DNA of 63,648 nucleotides, filler included, from Octopus bimaculoides (lineage: Eukaryota), in the NCBI RefSeq assembly GCF_001194135.2. It is 8 parts of 8 records of this genome, joined end to end, with 100 filler letters (N's around TTAATTAATTAA, not from the genome) between each part and the next. Parts side by side here need not be neighbours in the genome. Positions count along the whole stretch, not along the records: positions 34,787 to 42,200 come from NC_069000.1; positions 42,301 to 45,252 come from NC_069007.1; positions 45,353 to 59,459 come from NC_068983.1; 5 more parts are not named here. One strand, written 5' to 3'. Made by a program: the position numbers and the translations under genes. A model generated the notes under the pieces. The model was not told the origin of the DNA. It saw only the letters and a program-made list of their open reading frames with translations, and did no database searches. Below, piece by piece: positions 39,458 to 52,980 of this stretch (the first letter of the stretch is position 1; each line of letters starts with the position of its first letter).

Positions 39458-39884
39458 GTAATACAGCCATAACAAAAATGCTTAAAATTAACAAAACAAC
39501 AGTCTGGAAGTGTGCAGACCCCTCAGCTTATCAAAAGTACCACAAAAAAGATACAGTGAAATCCTCATCGTTCAATCAGAAAACTGGCTGCCATAGCAAA
39601 AAAATGTCAAACATCGATGTATTGAGTGCTGAAGGGAGATCTCAGAACCCACCCCTACAAGATGATCTGCTATCATGAGCTCACACAAGTTTATAAGGCC
39701 ATGAGACTGGAGAGAAGTCGTCTTATTTTGTATCAGATATAATGTATAACCTCCGTTTTCTTCATTAATGTATTGATATAAAAATTAATACATACACACA
39801 CATGCACACATGCACACACACACACACACATACTTATACATACATACGTATACATACATACATACATACATACATACATACATC

Positions 39885-40310
39885 TCGTGGATGATCTCAA
39901 GATTTATGCTAAAAATTTTAACAATGCTAAGAAACAGCAGGAATAATAACATTTTCAGCTGATATAGGAATGGAATTTGGCCAGAAGAAATGTTCTTGTC
40001 TGATTATTGAACAGGGAAAATCAGTCTCCAAGACATAAAACCCTGTGCATCAATAGTCTCACTATCTATCCCGTCCCACACAAAGAATGCTACAAGTACC
40101 TAGGCATTGATGAAAATATATCATATCATGACAAGGTATTGTGAATAAAGATAGAGTGACCTATCAATATTACACCAGACTAAGAAAAATATGGCAGTCT
40201 GAACTCTCCTCTTACAAGACAATATCCCATAATGCATTTGCAGTACCATTGCTGATTCCAACATTTGGGATATTTGACTGGTTTGGAGAAAAAATTCATT
40301 CCATAAACAT
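39885..40310 (+). mobile_element. Degenerate non-LTR RT fragment (R4-like)
   Basis: LVDDLKIYAK, FSADIGMEFGQKKCS, YKYLGID, HNAFAVPLLIPTFGI. Confidence 0.8.
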
Positions 40311-40502
40311 AGAAATTTACAGAATAAACCAACAGAATAAGTACAAAGATTACAAAGAATAAGTCCTGGGATGGATTTGTTCGACTAAAGGCAGTGCTCC
40401 AGCATGATCACAGTCAAATGACTGAAACAAGTAAAGAGATATATAATATATTATATATATATATATTATACACACGTATATATACATATATGCATGGTTA
40501 TA

Positions 40503-40538
<36 letters not shown>

Positions 40539-40989
40539 TATGCATATATATGTATATATCATATGTGTCTATATAGATAGATACATAGATAGATAGATTG
40601 ACATAGATATAGATATAATTAGATAGCTATGCATATGTATGTGTTTTTGTGTACATACATACATCCATACATATATATAAGTGCATGAATGCATATATGT
40701 GTGTATGCATGCATATATCAGTAAATGCACTAAAAAATTATACTTTAAAAATGCTTTTAAAATATTTAAATAAAAGATATTATAAAACCAAGTGATTAAT
40801 TGGATTTTTTTTTCTTTGAATGTGTAATCATTTTTAAATCACCAAATTATATTGTGGACAACAAATTAAGAAAAGTACAAAAACAAAAACAGAAAAAAGA
40901 AAAACATTTCAAATAGTAAAATATATTATTTTTTAATATTGAAAGTGAAAAATTTTGATTATTACTTAATATTAATGTTTTACTGTTTG

Positions 40990-41903
40990 TTTTTGTTGTT
41001 GGTGGTGGTGGTGGTGGCAGTGGCGGTATTGGTGGTGGTGGTGGTAGTAGCAGTAGCAGCGGCAGCAGTGGCAGTGGTGGCAGCAGTGGTGGCAACGGTG
41101 GCANNNNNNNNNNNNNNNNNNNNNNNNNNNNNNNNNNNNNNNNNNNNNNNNNNNNNNNNNNNNNNNNNNNNNNNNNNNNNNNNNNNNNNNNTGGTGGCAG
41201 CGGCGGTGGTGGCAGCGGCGGTGGCGGCGGCGGCGGCGGTGGTTATTGTGGCAATGGTGTTGTTGGTTGATGTTGGTGGTGTGTTTGTGGTTAATTTTGT
41301 TGTCAGTGTTGTTTTCTGCATTATTGTTAGGTAATATTCCCCCCACCCTTTCGGACTTTCTTATTATATCCTGGAAAATATAGAACTTGGCATCACCATC
41401 ATTATCTTCATCACTATCGTCATCATCATTATCATCAGCATCCTCCTTGCATCATTATCATCACTATCAATACATCATCCCCATCACCACAACCAACACC
41501 ACCACAAACACCACCATCATCTTCGGCATCATCATCATCACCACCATCATCATCATAACCGTGTTTGCCATCAGCATCTTCTTTCCCATCATCATCATCA
41601 TCGTCATCATCATCATCAGCACCATCATCATCCTCATCATCATCATCACCATCATCACCACCACCACCACTGTCACCACCAACACTGTCATCATTGTTGT
41701 CATCATCATCACCTTCACACACCCCCACCCTGCATAAATTAACACTCTCATTATCATCATCATCATCACTGTAAGCATCAAATTATCATCATAAACACTA
41801 GGCTCTTCACTGTTAATAATCACCATGAGCACTATTATCATTATTATTATCATTATTATTATCATTATTATTATTATTATTATTATCATTATTATTATTA
41901 TTA

Positions 41904-41944
<41 letters not shown>
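40990..41944. repeat. Degenerate trinucleotide tracts (GGT/GGC/GCA)n, (CAT/CAC)n and (TAT)n
   Basis: Directly visible; these generate the poly-V/A/D/I/S pseudo-ORFs in the track. Confidence 0.95.
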
Positions 41945-41947
<3 letters not shown>

Positions 41948-42200
41948 TAGTTTTATTTTTATAACGTGCTTTCACTTCACTACCGAGCGCAGCTCTGTGC
42001 GCCTTGGGTATGTGCTGTGGTTTGCTGTGGTGCTCTTATGTTTACTGTATTGAAAGTGTTTTGCGTAGAATGTGTGCAGTACCCAGTAGTGCAATTTTCT
42101 GTATGTTATATATATTTGTAAGTCCTGGTATTTTTGTTATGTATTTGTCTGAATATTTTTTTATTATACCTAAGGCACCTACTATGATAGGAATTGTTTC
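41945..42200 (-). mobile_element. 3' end of the same young R4/Dong-like LINE as 12381-12658, with a long (AAT)n tail (~41830-41944)
   Basis: IPIIVGALGIIKKYSDKYITKIPGL...GTAHILRKTLSIQ*; near-identical to the 12.4-kb copy; truncated by an assembly linker. Confidence 0.88.
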
Positions 42201-42351
42201 NNNNNNNNNNNNNNNNNNNNNNNNNNNNNNNNNNNNNNNNNNNNTTAATTAATTAANNNNNNNNNNNNNNNNNNNNNNNNNNNNNNNNNNNNNNNNNNNN
42301 TATATATATATATATATATATACATACATATACATATATATATATATATGT

Positions 42352-42392
<41 letters not shown>

Positions 42393-42402
42393 TGTTTGTA
42401 TG

Positions 42403-42439
<37 letters not shown>

Positions 42440-43340
42440 ATATATTCATATATGAATGAAACTGTAAATGGATGTAGTCCCTTTACACTATTTTCTTCTC
42501 GTTGCTTATCTTCTACCTACCTCTGTGCTCTCCAGCTAATTTATTCGCACTTAACAGTTTTATATCGTTACATCAAACACATTACGATTTTTTTTTCTCT
42601 CTCTCTCTCTCTCTCTCTCAACGTTCATCTTGCCAATAGCTCAACACACTCTATCTTAACTCTATCCAACCTCGTACTCTTACCTACAGTCTTTTTCTCC
42701 ACATCTCCTACAATAATCTATCTTTTTCTCCACTATCTCATATAAATATTTTGCCAAAATTTAATACAAGAAGATAGACCTAACACTTTACACGCTTGCA
42801 CTTGGATTTCATTTAAGTAATCGTAACGCTTTTGTTCATTCGTTTTTCACTGTTCTTTTTTTAGTTTTCATCTCACCATCTTTTATTTCTTTTTGGTTTG
42901 GATGCCTATTCTCCCACCACACTCTTTTTTATTTCTATACAGCTTTCGTTTTTCTCTCTAAACCTCTAATTTCTTGGTCTGTATATGTATATATAGGGAT
43001 GTTTGTATGTAAGTATGTGTGTACATATATANNNNNNNNNNNNNNNNNNNNNNNNNNGTATGTACGCAAGTATATATTTATATATAGATATATGTGTATA
43101 TTTATATATATATATATATAATACAAAGAATATATATACATGTATACACACATATATGTACATACTTACATCTACATGTATATATATATGCATATCAGGG
43201 TACAGGACGTTAGAACAATGAACTACAGACAACGGAACGAACACATAGGAAAACGGAAAGCCACTTGGAATATTCCTTCATCAGCTGTCTCTATTCTAAC
43301 CTGACGTTTCGAAATATGTATATATAGAGAAAGAGATAGG

Positions 43341-43411
<71 letters not shown>

Positions 43412-43524
43412 GTATGTAGGTAGGTAGGCAGCATGCATACAAACATGCATACATATATACACACATGCATGCATATATATATATATATATACATACACGC
43501 CTGTCTATCTATCTATCAATCTAT

Positions 43525-44120
43525 CTTAGCGGTATTTCGTCTGTCTTTACATTCTGAGTTCAAATTCCACCGAGTTCGACATTGCCTTTCATCTTTTCGG
43601 AAGTTGATATATTAAGAACCAGTTGCATACTGGGGTCGATGCAATCGACTATCCCCCTTCCCCAAATTTCATGATTTGTGCCTTGAGTAGAAATAGTAAT
43701 AATTATTATAAAGGTGGCGAGCTGGCAGAAACGTTAGCACACCGGGCGAAATGCTTAGCGGTATTTCGTCTGAGTTCAAATTACGCCGAGGTCGACTTTG
43801 CCTTTCATCCTTTCGGGGTCGATAACTTAAGTACCAGTTATGCACTGGGGTCGATGTAATCGACTTAATCCCTTTGTCCGCCCTTGTTTGTCCCCTCTGT
43901 GTTTAGCCCCTTGTGGGCAATAAAGGAATAAGAAACGTTAGCACGCCGAACGAAATGCTTGGCGGTATTTCGTCTGCCGCTACGTTCTGAGTTCAAATTC
44001 CGCCGAGGTCGAATTTACCTTACATCCTTACGGGGCCGATAAATTAAGTACCAATGAAACACTGGTTATCGACTAGTCCCCGTCCCACAAATTTCCGGCC
44101 TTGTGCTTTTAGTAGAAAAG
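43525..44120 (+). mobile_element. Three head-to-tail SINE family A copies
   Basis: The block cttagcggtatttcgtctg...ctgagttcaaatt.cgccgaggtcga... recurs at about 43525, 43712 and 43933. Confidence 0.85.
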
Positions 44121-44634
44121 ATATTAGTCTTGTCGACACAGAGCATTACCAGTTTCACTGAAGTCTGGTTGATCACGTGTGTGTTTGTGTGTATGTGTAT
44201 GTGCGTGTGTGTGTGTATTTGTGTGTAAAAAGGTATTCAGGTGCATGCGTGCGCATGAAAGTTTATACTTCACATTTTCGCTCACTCCAAATGCTAGCCA
44301 AACTCCCACCACAACAACAACAGATACAGAATTCAGTAGGCCTCTTCTCCCTACTTTTCCGCTTCCTTTTCCTCCTCTCCCGTTATTTATAGATATTTAC
44401 GCCCCCCCCCCCTCCATTCGATAATCGAAATATATTTATCGCTGGCCACCACATGACATATGATCTCTCTCTCACCAAAATAACTGTCAAATAATCAACA
44501 CTTCTCTCGCCTTCCTTGCAGCAAAATATCTACTCTACACTAATTTGTATTTTTAATGATTTGCATACGTACAAACATAAACAGCTTGACTATATTCACG
44601 GCGAAACATCAAGATTCATACATACATACAAGCA

Positions 44635-44676
<42 letters not shown>

Positions 44677-45024
44677 TGCAGCGTGTTTATAAGCCATCTA
44701 AAAACACACAAAACCCGTTAGATTCACCTCAACATTTAAATCTAATTTGCCAAAATATTTTCGTCGCTTTGAGACCGCGACCTGTTCACTGACAAAATTC
44801 CGTGCTGCATCTGAGAAAGTAACAGTTATTTCATGATATATATGTACGTATGTATGTGTGCATGTATGTATGTATGCATGTATGTATGTATGTACGTATT
44901 TACTTATGTATGTATGTGATTATTTAGGAATGTAGGTGTGTAGACGTGTCTGTGTGTGGGTATGTGTGTATGTGCATGTGAACGTATGTTTATGTACCGA
45001 TATGTGTGTATGTCAAGTTAGGTA

Positions 45025-45252
45025 TTAGGTTGTCAAGAAAATTCTTGCGGTTTTTAACATTTAAATTCAGATGCACATATCTCGGCTCAAACAAAACTTT
45101 ATTAATCGAAATAAACACCATTAGAATCAACAGACTTCTGCCAACACGAAACAAGCTTATTTATGCCAGTAGCGTTAAAAATCCTGCGCTCTGGTGACGA
45201 TGAAGTCGTTGAAGGTGTGTTTGGCATCATCTTGGTTTTTGAAGCATTTCTC
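45025..45252 (-). mobile_element. Mariner 3' end fragment (transposase C-terminus and TIR), cut by an assembly linker
   Basis: Frameshifted C-terminus ...EKCFKNQDDAKHTFNDF / ATGINKLVSCWQKSVDSNGVYFD*. Mariner-type TIR ta|ttaggttgtcaagaaaattcttgcggttttt. Confidence 0.8.
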
Positions 45253-47159
45253 NNNNNNNNNNNNNNNNNNNNNNNNNNNNNNNNNNNNNNNNNNNNTTAA
45301 TTAATTAANNNNNNNNNNNNNNNNNNNNNNNNNNNNNNNNNNNNNNNNNNNNTGTTGAAGAGCGTAGCTCGAAACGTCAAAGACTTTCCGTATTCCCGAG
45401 CGTCATACTAATACATCCTTTTGTTATTTACACCACCTGTCCTCGTCTGTTGTTGTTTTTTCGTATATTCTCCCATATATATATATATATATATATATCT
45501 CATACACATTTGTTCTTTGATTAGAACACAGTTCTAACAGAGTGTTTAGCTTTGGAAATAGTTGATTGTTTTATAACAGAAATTGGCAAAATAGAATTGC
45601 TATTGTTACTGTTGTTACCTGGAATGACAGGATAAAAAGCTTCATAGCTATGACTATTGTTTTTCTTGTTTTACATGTAACCCAGAATACATTATTCAAT
45701 GTGTTTATTTTTTAAGGTGGTAGGTTGTTTAATGTGGTAGGCTGTTTAGGAGCTATTTCTATTGGGTCAAATATATGCACATGTGCTCAATTGTTGGCTT
45801 GAAAAATCTAGCCTGTATTGATGGTGTGGAACATCTAGGTTACATATTGTTCCTTTATCCTTATCTCATTGGTTGTTGGTGTTGTTCCCTAGTAATAAAC
45901 GTATGTTATGGACTGGTGGTCTGTGCATTGCCTTTATTTCCATGCTAACTGATATTCATAGAACAAAGTTATAAAACGTCTTTGTTTTGAAATATAATTG
46001 ATAGAAGTTAGCCAATATCAACTTCAGCTACCAAATTGAATAAAATCATCTCTTTTTAATTCTTTTTTTTTTATTTATAACCATAAAAATATTTATAAAT
46101 TTATTGGTTTTGATCTGGAAAGATAATTCAGTGACCATATTTATTTTGATTAATGGTAATTAACTTTAAAATAGCCACAACTATCTTTCAGAAAATAACA
46201 ATATTTCTCTAGTAATGACAAAATTGTCTAGGCTTTTTATATCTAAGTAATATAATGAAATTAATTTAACCATTACAGCAATAAAATTACTTGGTATTAA
46301 TTCTGTTTTTGTTGAATTGGGAAGTATAAAATTCAAAACAAAGCAATACTCTAATGAATTACTAGAATGCATTTTATCTCAGTTTAATGTGACTTGATTA
46401 ATGTAGTTTTGATGTTGCACTTGTTGTTTTCCTCAAGTTGACCCTGATTGCGCTTACCTATAAACAAAGGCATACAAACCTTAACCATTTCATTTTCATT
46501 TCAGGTGTAGGATATCTATCATACAATGTATTTGTTTTAAATAGAATGTAAATGAAGAAATTTAGTTGCTAGTTATAGCAGGTCAGGCCAACATATATTA
46601 AACTGTAGCTCAATATAGTGCAATAGTATAGTAATGTGGAATGGAGTACCAGGTGATTTTAAACGTGTTTATACTTGTTGTTTTTCACTCCATGTAGGCT
46701 TGAATAAGCAAATCTATGAGTTCAGTTGTGGCCCCTCTCTCGTCTATTTTTAATGTGTAGTATATCAAAGACTAAACTATTCAATGTGTTCTTTTTATCA
46801 TCTTCACTTTCAAGAGTATGAAATCAGTACCAACAGTACACTGTACTTGATCCAACTTACTTCACTTTTTCCCTCTAAAATCTCAGTAATTTCATCGTTA
46901 TTGTCTCAAGCAGAAATAAGTACTGTTAGGGTCTATCAACTGTGGGATTAATTACACCCAGAAAGAAATGCCTGGTTGCAATATGAAGATTTTAACCAGT
47001 CAAGTGTGTAATAATATATATCTTTTCTAAGTTCTCGATTTGATAATCATTTATTTGTAAGAGACAGACTAGGTAATCGTTTGAGAATAGACTTTCTCAC
47101 TATATGTATATATATATATATATAAAAACAAAAGTAAATGAGTATATGCATATATACGT

Positions 47160-47345
47160 ACAGGTATGTGCATACCGACATCCACCTGTATGTATAGGTG
47201 CATATCTGGGTACAGGACATTGCAAACAAACGTAGACGAGAACACACGAGCCACATAGAGAACATTCTACTTCATCAGCTACCCACGTTTTAACACTGGC
47301 GTTTCGACGAGCTTCGGGCAGGACGCAACGTTAAAACGGCTCGTC
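47160..47345. repeat. Interspersed repeat, possibly Penelope-related (gcatatctgggtacaggac.ttgcaaa...ttcatcagct...gtttcga)
   Basis: Related copies at about 43190-43315 and 48465-48615, all beside (TA)n. The Penelope link is inference. Confidence 0.55.
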
Positions 47346-48371
47346 CCATGGATCGCAGATTAAATCTGTATACGCAAATTAAATCTAGCCATGGAGGAAT
47401 GTAGTGGCGGACAAAAAACAAGNNNNNNNNNNNNNNNNNNNNNNNNNNNNNNNNNNNNNNNNNNNNNNNNNNNNNNNNNNNNNNNNNNNNNNNNNNNNNN
47501 NNNNNNNNNNNNNNNNNNNNNNNNNNNNNNNNNNNNNNNNNNNNNNNNNNNNNNNNNNNNNNNNNNNNNNNNNNNNNNNNNNNNNNNNNNNNNNNNNNNN
47601 NNNNNNNNNNNNNNNNNNNNNNNNNNNNNNNNNNNNNNNNNNNNNNNNNNNNNNNNNNNNNNNNNNNNNNNNNNNNNNNNNNNNNNNNNNNNNNNNNNNN
47701 NNNNNNNNNNNNNNNNNNNNNNNNNNNNNNNNNNNNNNNNNNNNNNNNNNNNNNNNNNNNNNNNNNNNNNNNNNNNNNNNNNNNNNNNNNNNNNNNNNNN
47801 NNNNNNNNNNNNNNNNNNNNNNNNNNNNNNNNNNNNNNNNNNNNNNNNNNNNNNNNNNNNNNNNNNNNNNNNNNNNNNNNNNNNNNNNNNNNNNNNNNNN
47901 NNNNNNNNNNNNNNNNNNNNNNNNNNNNNNNNNNNNNNNNNNNNNNNNNNNNNNNNNNNNNNNNNNNNNNNNNNNNNNNNNNNNNNNNNNNNNNNNNNNN
48001 NNNNNNNNNNNNNNNNNNNNNNNNNNNNNNNNNNNNNNNNNNNNNNNNNNNNNNNNNNNNNNNNNNNNNNNNNNNNNNNNNNNNNNNNNNNNNNNNNNNN
48101 NNNNNNNNNNNNNNNNNNNNNNNNNNNNNNNNNNNNNNNNNNNNNNNNNNNNNNNNNNNNNNNNNNNNNNNNNNNNNNNNNNNNNNNNNNNNNNNNNNNN
48201 NNNNNNNNNNNNNNNNNNNNNNNNNNNNNNNNNNNNNNNNNNNNNNNNAGGAAAGAGAAAGAGATAGAGTAGCGTCGGAGGATAAGTTTACGAACTACTT
48301 ACAATTTTTTTGAGACGCTGCGTTCAATCATGTAAAAACAAAAGTAAATGAGTATATGCATATATACGTAC

Positions 48372-48408
<37 letters not shown>

Positions 48409-48635
48409 AATAATATATGAGTATATGCATATGTATGTACATGTATGTACATACCTTCATCTACATGTATATATAGATGCATATCTGGGTACATGACGTT
48501 GCAAAAAAAAAAAAAATGGACAAAATGATAAACAAGGTACAAAAAACACACAGGCCACATAGAGAACATATCCTTCGTCAGCTGCCACCATTATAACACT
48601 GGCATTTCGAAGAGTTATATATATGTGTATATATA

Positions 48636-48826
48636 CATAATTAAAATTAGGGTTCAGCAAAAACTTCTTCACCACATACCGAAATTTAGAAATAGCAGTT
48701 AAAATAGTATTTGTGAGTGCTGTTGTCTGGGAGATATATTACGGTAGTGGAATAGTATTTTAACTGCTATTTCTAAATTTCGGTATGTGGTGAAGCAATT
48801 TTTGTTGAACCCTAATTTTGATTATG
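48636..48826. mobile_element. MITE-like fold-back element (~76-bp arms, 39-bp spacer)
   Basis: Arms 48636-48711 and 48751-48826 are reverse-complementary with a few mismatches; AT-rich flanks. Confidence 0.7.
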
Positions 48827-50565
48827 TTTATAATTATAAAACTTTTGTATAAGTTTACCGATAATGGTTTTTTAACATACCACACTACTTGGTAAAATTA
48901 ATTATTAATTAATTATTAATTTTTACCCTATATCTGTAATGATTATATATATATATCATCATCATCATCATATATCATCATCAAAATTATCATAACATCC
49001 ACTTTTCCATGGGTTAGATGGAGTTTATTAAGCCAGATGTTCTATGGCTGGATGCTCTTCCTGTTTTCAACTCACACCTGTTATCAAGCAGGGTAACATT
49101 TCCCTGTGGCTAGACATGTTCTTGCAAAATACTGGAAATGAAGGAGACTGCTCATATGACAGTGGCAACCATTTTACAACTGTTACACAATGTCAAGACA
49201 AGGAGACACAAATATGTGCGCCCGCACGCGCACACACACACACACACGCGCGCGCTTGTATGCACATACATACAAACTCATGTATGTATGCATTAATGTT
49301 TGTTTTTATGTTCAAGTATAATAAAAACAGTTTTACATTAATCTGATGGGTTACTTTATACTTTTGTACAGTTCACATTTATTATTCTTTTACAAGAATA
49401 TTGTTGGCTGTGGCTTCGAAGTGTATATATATATACACACACACATACATATATATATATATGCGCACTGGCAATGGCATCGGTCATCATCATCATATAT
49501 ATATATATATATATATATANNNNNNNNNNNNNNNNNNNNNNNNNNNNNNNNNNNNNNNNNNNNNNNNNNNNNNNNNNNNNNNNNNNNNNNNNNNNNNNNN
49601 NNNNNNNNNNNNNNNNNNNAATTTTTTACGCTCTATTTTTAATTTATAAACTCTTTTCTGCTATGTGTCAAATTGTTATTGTTGGAGCATGTGTGTGTGT
49701 GTGTGTGTGATTATAACTGTACCTTGTGTGAGTATAGTTTTGTGTTTACACTTGCATATGTTATTTTTACACAAACATCCAGCTTAATTTAGGTGCAGTG
49801 TTTATTCTGGTTTTATTTGTGCAAATGTTATTTCCATTGTCTTTCTCTTGCATCACAATGACTAAGTGGTAGGAACAATATGACTGTGTACATAATGAAT
49901 TGGGCATTAGATTACTATCTCTGGAATCATGAATTCAATTTTACTGCTGGCATTTTATTGTGTTCTTGATCAAAACTTTTTATTTATCCCTAATACATCT
50001 ACTGCCACAAAGCAAATCAAGGCAGTCATTCAATCTGCTTGAAATAGCAACCTGTCTAAAATAAAGGACACATTTCACAATGTACTCCGTTATATATAAG
50101 AAGGATGAGATAATCGCAAGAGGTATACCTTTGATCGTAAGTTTGTTTGATGAGGTGTGATCAGAGATTAAATAAGCGACAAAATTTACCCTTAAAACTC
50201 TCATGGGGTTTGGAAGGTCATTTCCATTACAATATACACCAGTCTCAATATCATCGTAATCATAAATTGTTAAGCTAGCTATCATTCCATCTATATAATT
50301 ATATATTTATTCAGACAATTAATGTACTTTAGTCACTTCATTTTACTCAGTTTCTTCAGTTTCACTTTTCTTGATGTCTTATCAGTCATCTTAATTTTTC
50401 ATTCATGCCTCAGTCAACAAACTTTTGCTCCTTTATCAAGAAACACTTATCAGTTACTAGTCTATCTGTCTTCATATAACAAGATAATCATTATTCATAA
50501 TCATTATTCACCCAGCACTATTTAAGTTTCACTATTTTCAAATGTTTGTAGTTCTTATGCTTATG

Positions 50566-50600
<35 letters not shown>

Positions 50601-52194
50601 CTATTCATAAGCAGACATTCTACTCTCTTTTCCTACACACACACAAACACACACCGAGTTAGTCAGTCATAAATTGGCTCATCTACAATTACTTACACAT
50701 ATATTAACAGATTTTATTAATAACTCTATAGCATTATCAAAATCTTGGTTTTTGGAATTTTCATGCTTCACGCTTGTATGTAGCAAATTGGCAGAGCTGT
50801 TAAGAGTGTGTGACAAAATGCTTTGCAGTGTTTCTTCCAGTATACCATGATCTGAGTTCAAATCTCACCAAGGTCAAATTCCTTTCTATTTGACATGACC
50901 TTTTTTGGAAGATCAATGATATAAAAGTACCACTAAAGTAGAATAGTAGAATTGTTGGAGTGTTGACCTAACAGCTTATGATATTTGCTTTGGCCCCTTT
51001 CATTCTGAGTTCTTGTGGGCCTTTAAGGGAGTTGTTTTTGTTGTAATATTTAGGCCAAATATTCAGCTTCAGGATAACTTACTCCCTTCTTCCTATCTAT
51101 TTACCTGTTTTGGTGGCTTTGTAAAAAATAAAGGACCATGGATGTTGCTTTTCTACTGGTTGATTTGTAAAACAATAATTAATTAAAGTAACATCTGCTA
51201 AAAGGTTTCTAGATTTTCTTTCCACTGTAGCTAGGCCTTCACTGTTTTAATACAAGAAAATAAGAACTTGTGAAAAGTATGTCTGTACACCCATATAAAC
51301 AGACAGTTAAATGCCATGTATGCATCAACCAAGAAAGAAGTCATTTTTACATCCTTTAATCTACAAGCCCTTTGTTATTTGTTGTTTAGTTTGATGGATA
51401 GAATCAAAATTCTTAGTCAAACAGATAATTTTATTTTGTTTCTCCTTATCTTTTGTTTGGTCAATGTTTTTATGATATAGAAGAAATGGCAGAATTCAGT
51501 CTAAAATTATCATCACTTCTGGCTCACTGTTCTGCTTACTAAACTATCATTTGACATCTAATCATTTATATTCAATACTAATGACTGATTAATACCCATC
51601 AACAGAAACATTAAATGTTGTAATCTGAACATGATCCAAAATGCCGATAGTCATGTAATTATTTAAGTCTTCGATGTACAATGCAAAAGCTTTTATGTTA
51701 TATTTAACAGTAATTATCTACTACTGAAATTTGCAATATCATCATTGCAAATAGAAAGAAATTTGGGGTTTAGATACAAGGAAATCTTATTGATTTTTCA
51801 CTGATATTCATTAACTCAAAATTGACTCAGACATTATCCCATTATCCGATATTAATGTAAACTGGGATACTAATTTTGTATAAGCAATAAGATGCTAAGT
51901 CTTTATGGCAGAGATAACAGGTTCAAACATCAGCTGTATTATGTAGTTTTTATTGTGCAGCTAGTTTGTTGCTGGAAAATAATTGTTGAGTGACTAAGCT
52001 GCTTGACTACAGACTATATAGAAGGTACTGACTGTGTGGTAAGAAGCTTGCTTTCCAACTTCATAGTTTCATATTCAGTCCCACTGTGTGGCAACTTGGG
52101 CAAATGCCTTCTATTATAAGCCCAGGTTAACCAAGGCCTTGTTAGTGGATTTGCCAGACAGAAACTGAACGAAGGAGCTTGTTGTATATATACT

Positions 52195-52393
52195 CTTTTA
52201 CTTTTGTTTCAGTCATTTGACTGTGGCCATGCTGGAGCACTGCCTTTAGTCGGACAAATCAACTCCAGGACTTATTCTTTGTAAGCCTAGTACTTATCCT
52301 ATCAGTCTCTTTTGCTGAACTGCTAAGTTACAGGGACATAAACACACTAACATCGGTTGTCAAGTGATGGTGGGGGGACAAACACAGCCACAA

Positions 52394-52456
<63 letters not shown>

Positions 52457-52615
52457 CAATGGGCTTCTTACAGTTTCCGTCTACCAAATCCATTCACATG
52501 GCTTTGGTTGGCCTGAGGCTATAGTGAAAGATACTTGCCCAAGGTGTCACGCAATGGCACTGAACCCGGAATCATGTGGTTGGTTAGCAAGCTACTTACC
52601 ATACATCCACTCCTG
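52195..52615 (-). mobile_element. CORE-type tRNA-derived SINE family B, full length with internal (CA)n
   Basis: Head gtggtaagtagcttgct.accaaccacatg...ggcaccttgggcaagt resembles the CORE domain. Other copies at about 22668-22985(-), 23010-23200(+), 24050-24375(-), 30165-30530(-), 31560-31885(-), 32235-32496(-), 35780-36055(+), 40320-40440(+), 52025-52170(+), 55865-56020(+), 56880-57000(+). Confidence 0.85.
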
Positions 52616-52659
52616 TGCCTATATATATATATATATTTTCATCATCTTCATCATCATTT

Positions 52660-52980
52660 AATGTCCATTTTCCATGCTGGCATGGGTTGGATGATTTGAT
52701 TGAAAACTGGTAAGCTGGGGAGCTGTACCAGGTTTCAGTTTGATTTGACATAGTTTCTACAGCTGGATGCCCTTCCTAATGCCAACCACTTCAAGAGTGT
52801 AGTGAGTGCTTTTTACATGCCAGTCACACAGGTGCCAGTTACAAAACATCAGCATCAGCCATGACTATGTTCTCACTTTTCAAGCACAGTATATTGCCAA
52901 AGGCCTCAGTCACTTGTCACTGCCTAAAGTTTGAAGGGTGCTTTTTACATGTCAATGGCATGGATGCCAGGTATATTTGA
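52660..52980. repeat. Unclassified interspersed repeat (ttttccatgctggcatggg...gctggatgcccttcct..tgccaacc)
   Basis: Related copies at about 37815-38030 and 48995-49200. Confidence 0.65.

Noticed and set aside
41387-41889. Poly-Asp/Ser/Ile/Met ORFs, and similar poly-N/L/Y/I ORFs at 2.0-2.5, 3.9-4.4, 34.1-34.6 and 59.1-59.5 kb
   Set aside because: Translations of microsatellites; no splice or homology support.
47265-47345. CTGATGA and CGAAAC motifs on the minus strand (also near 43275 and 48570) as a hammerhead
   Set aside because: GAAA precedes CUGAUGA, with no valid NUH site and too little sequence for stem I; no hammerhead topology fits.
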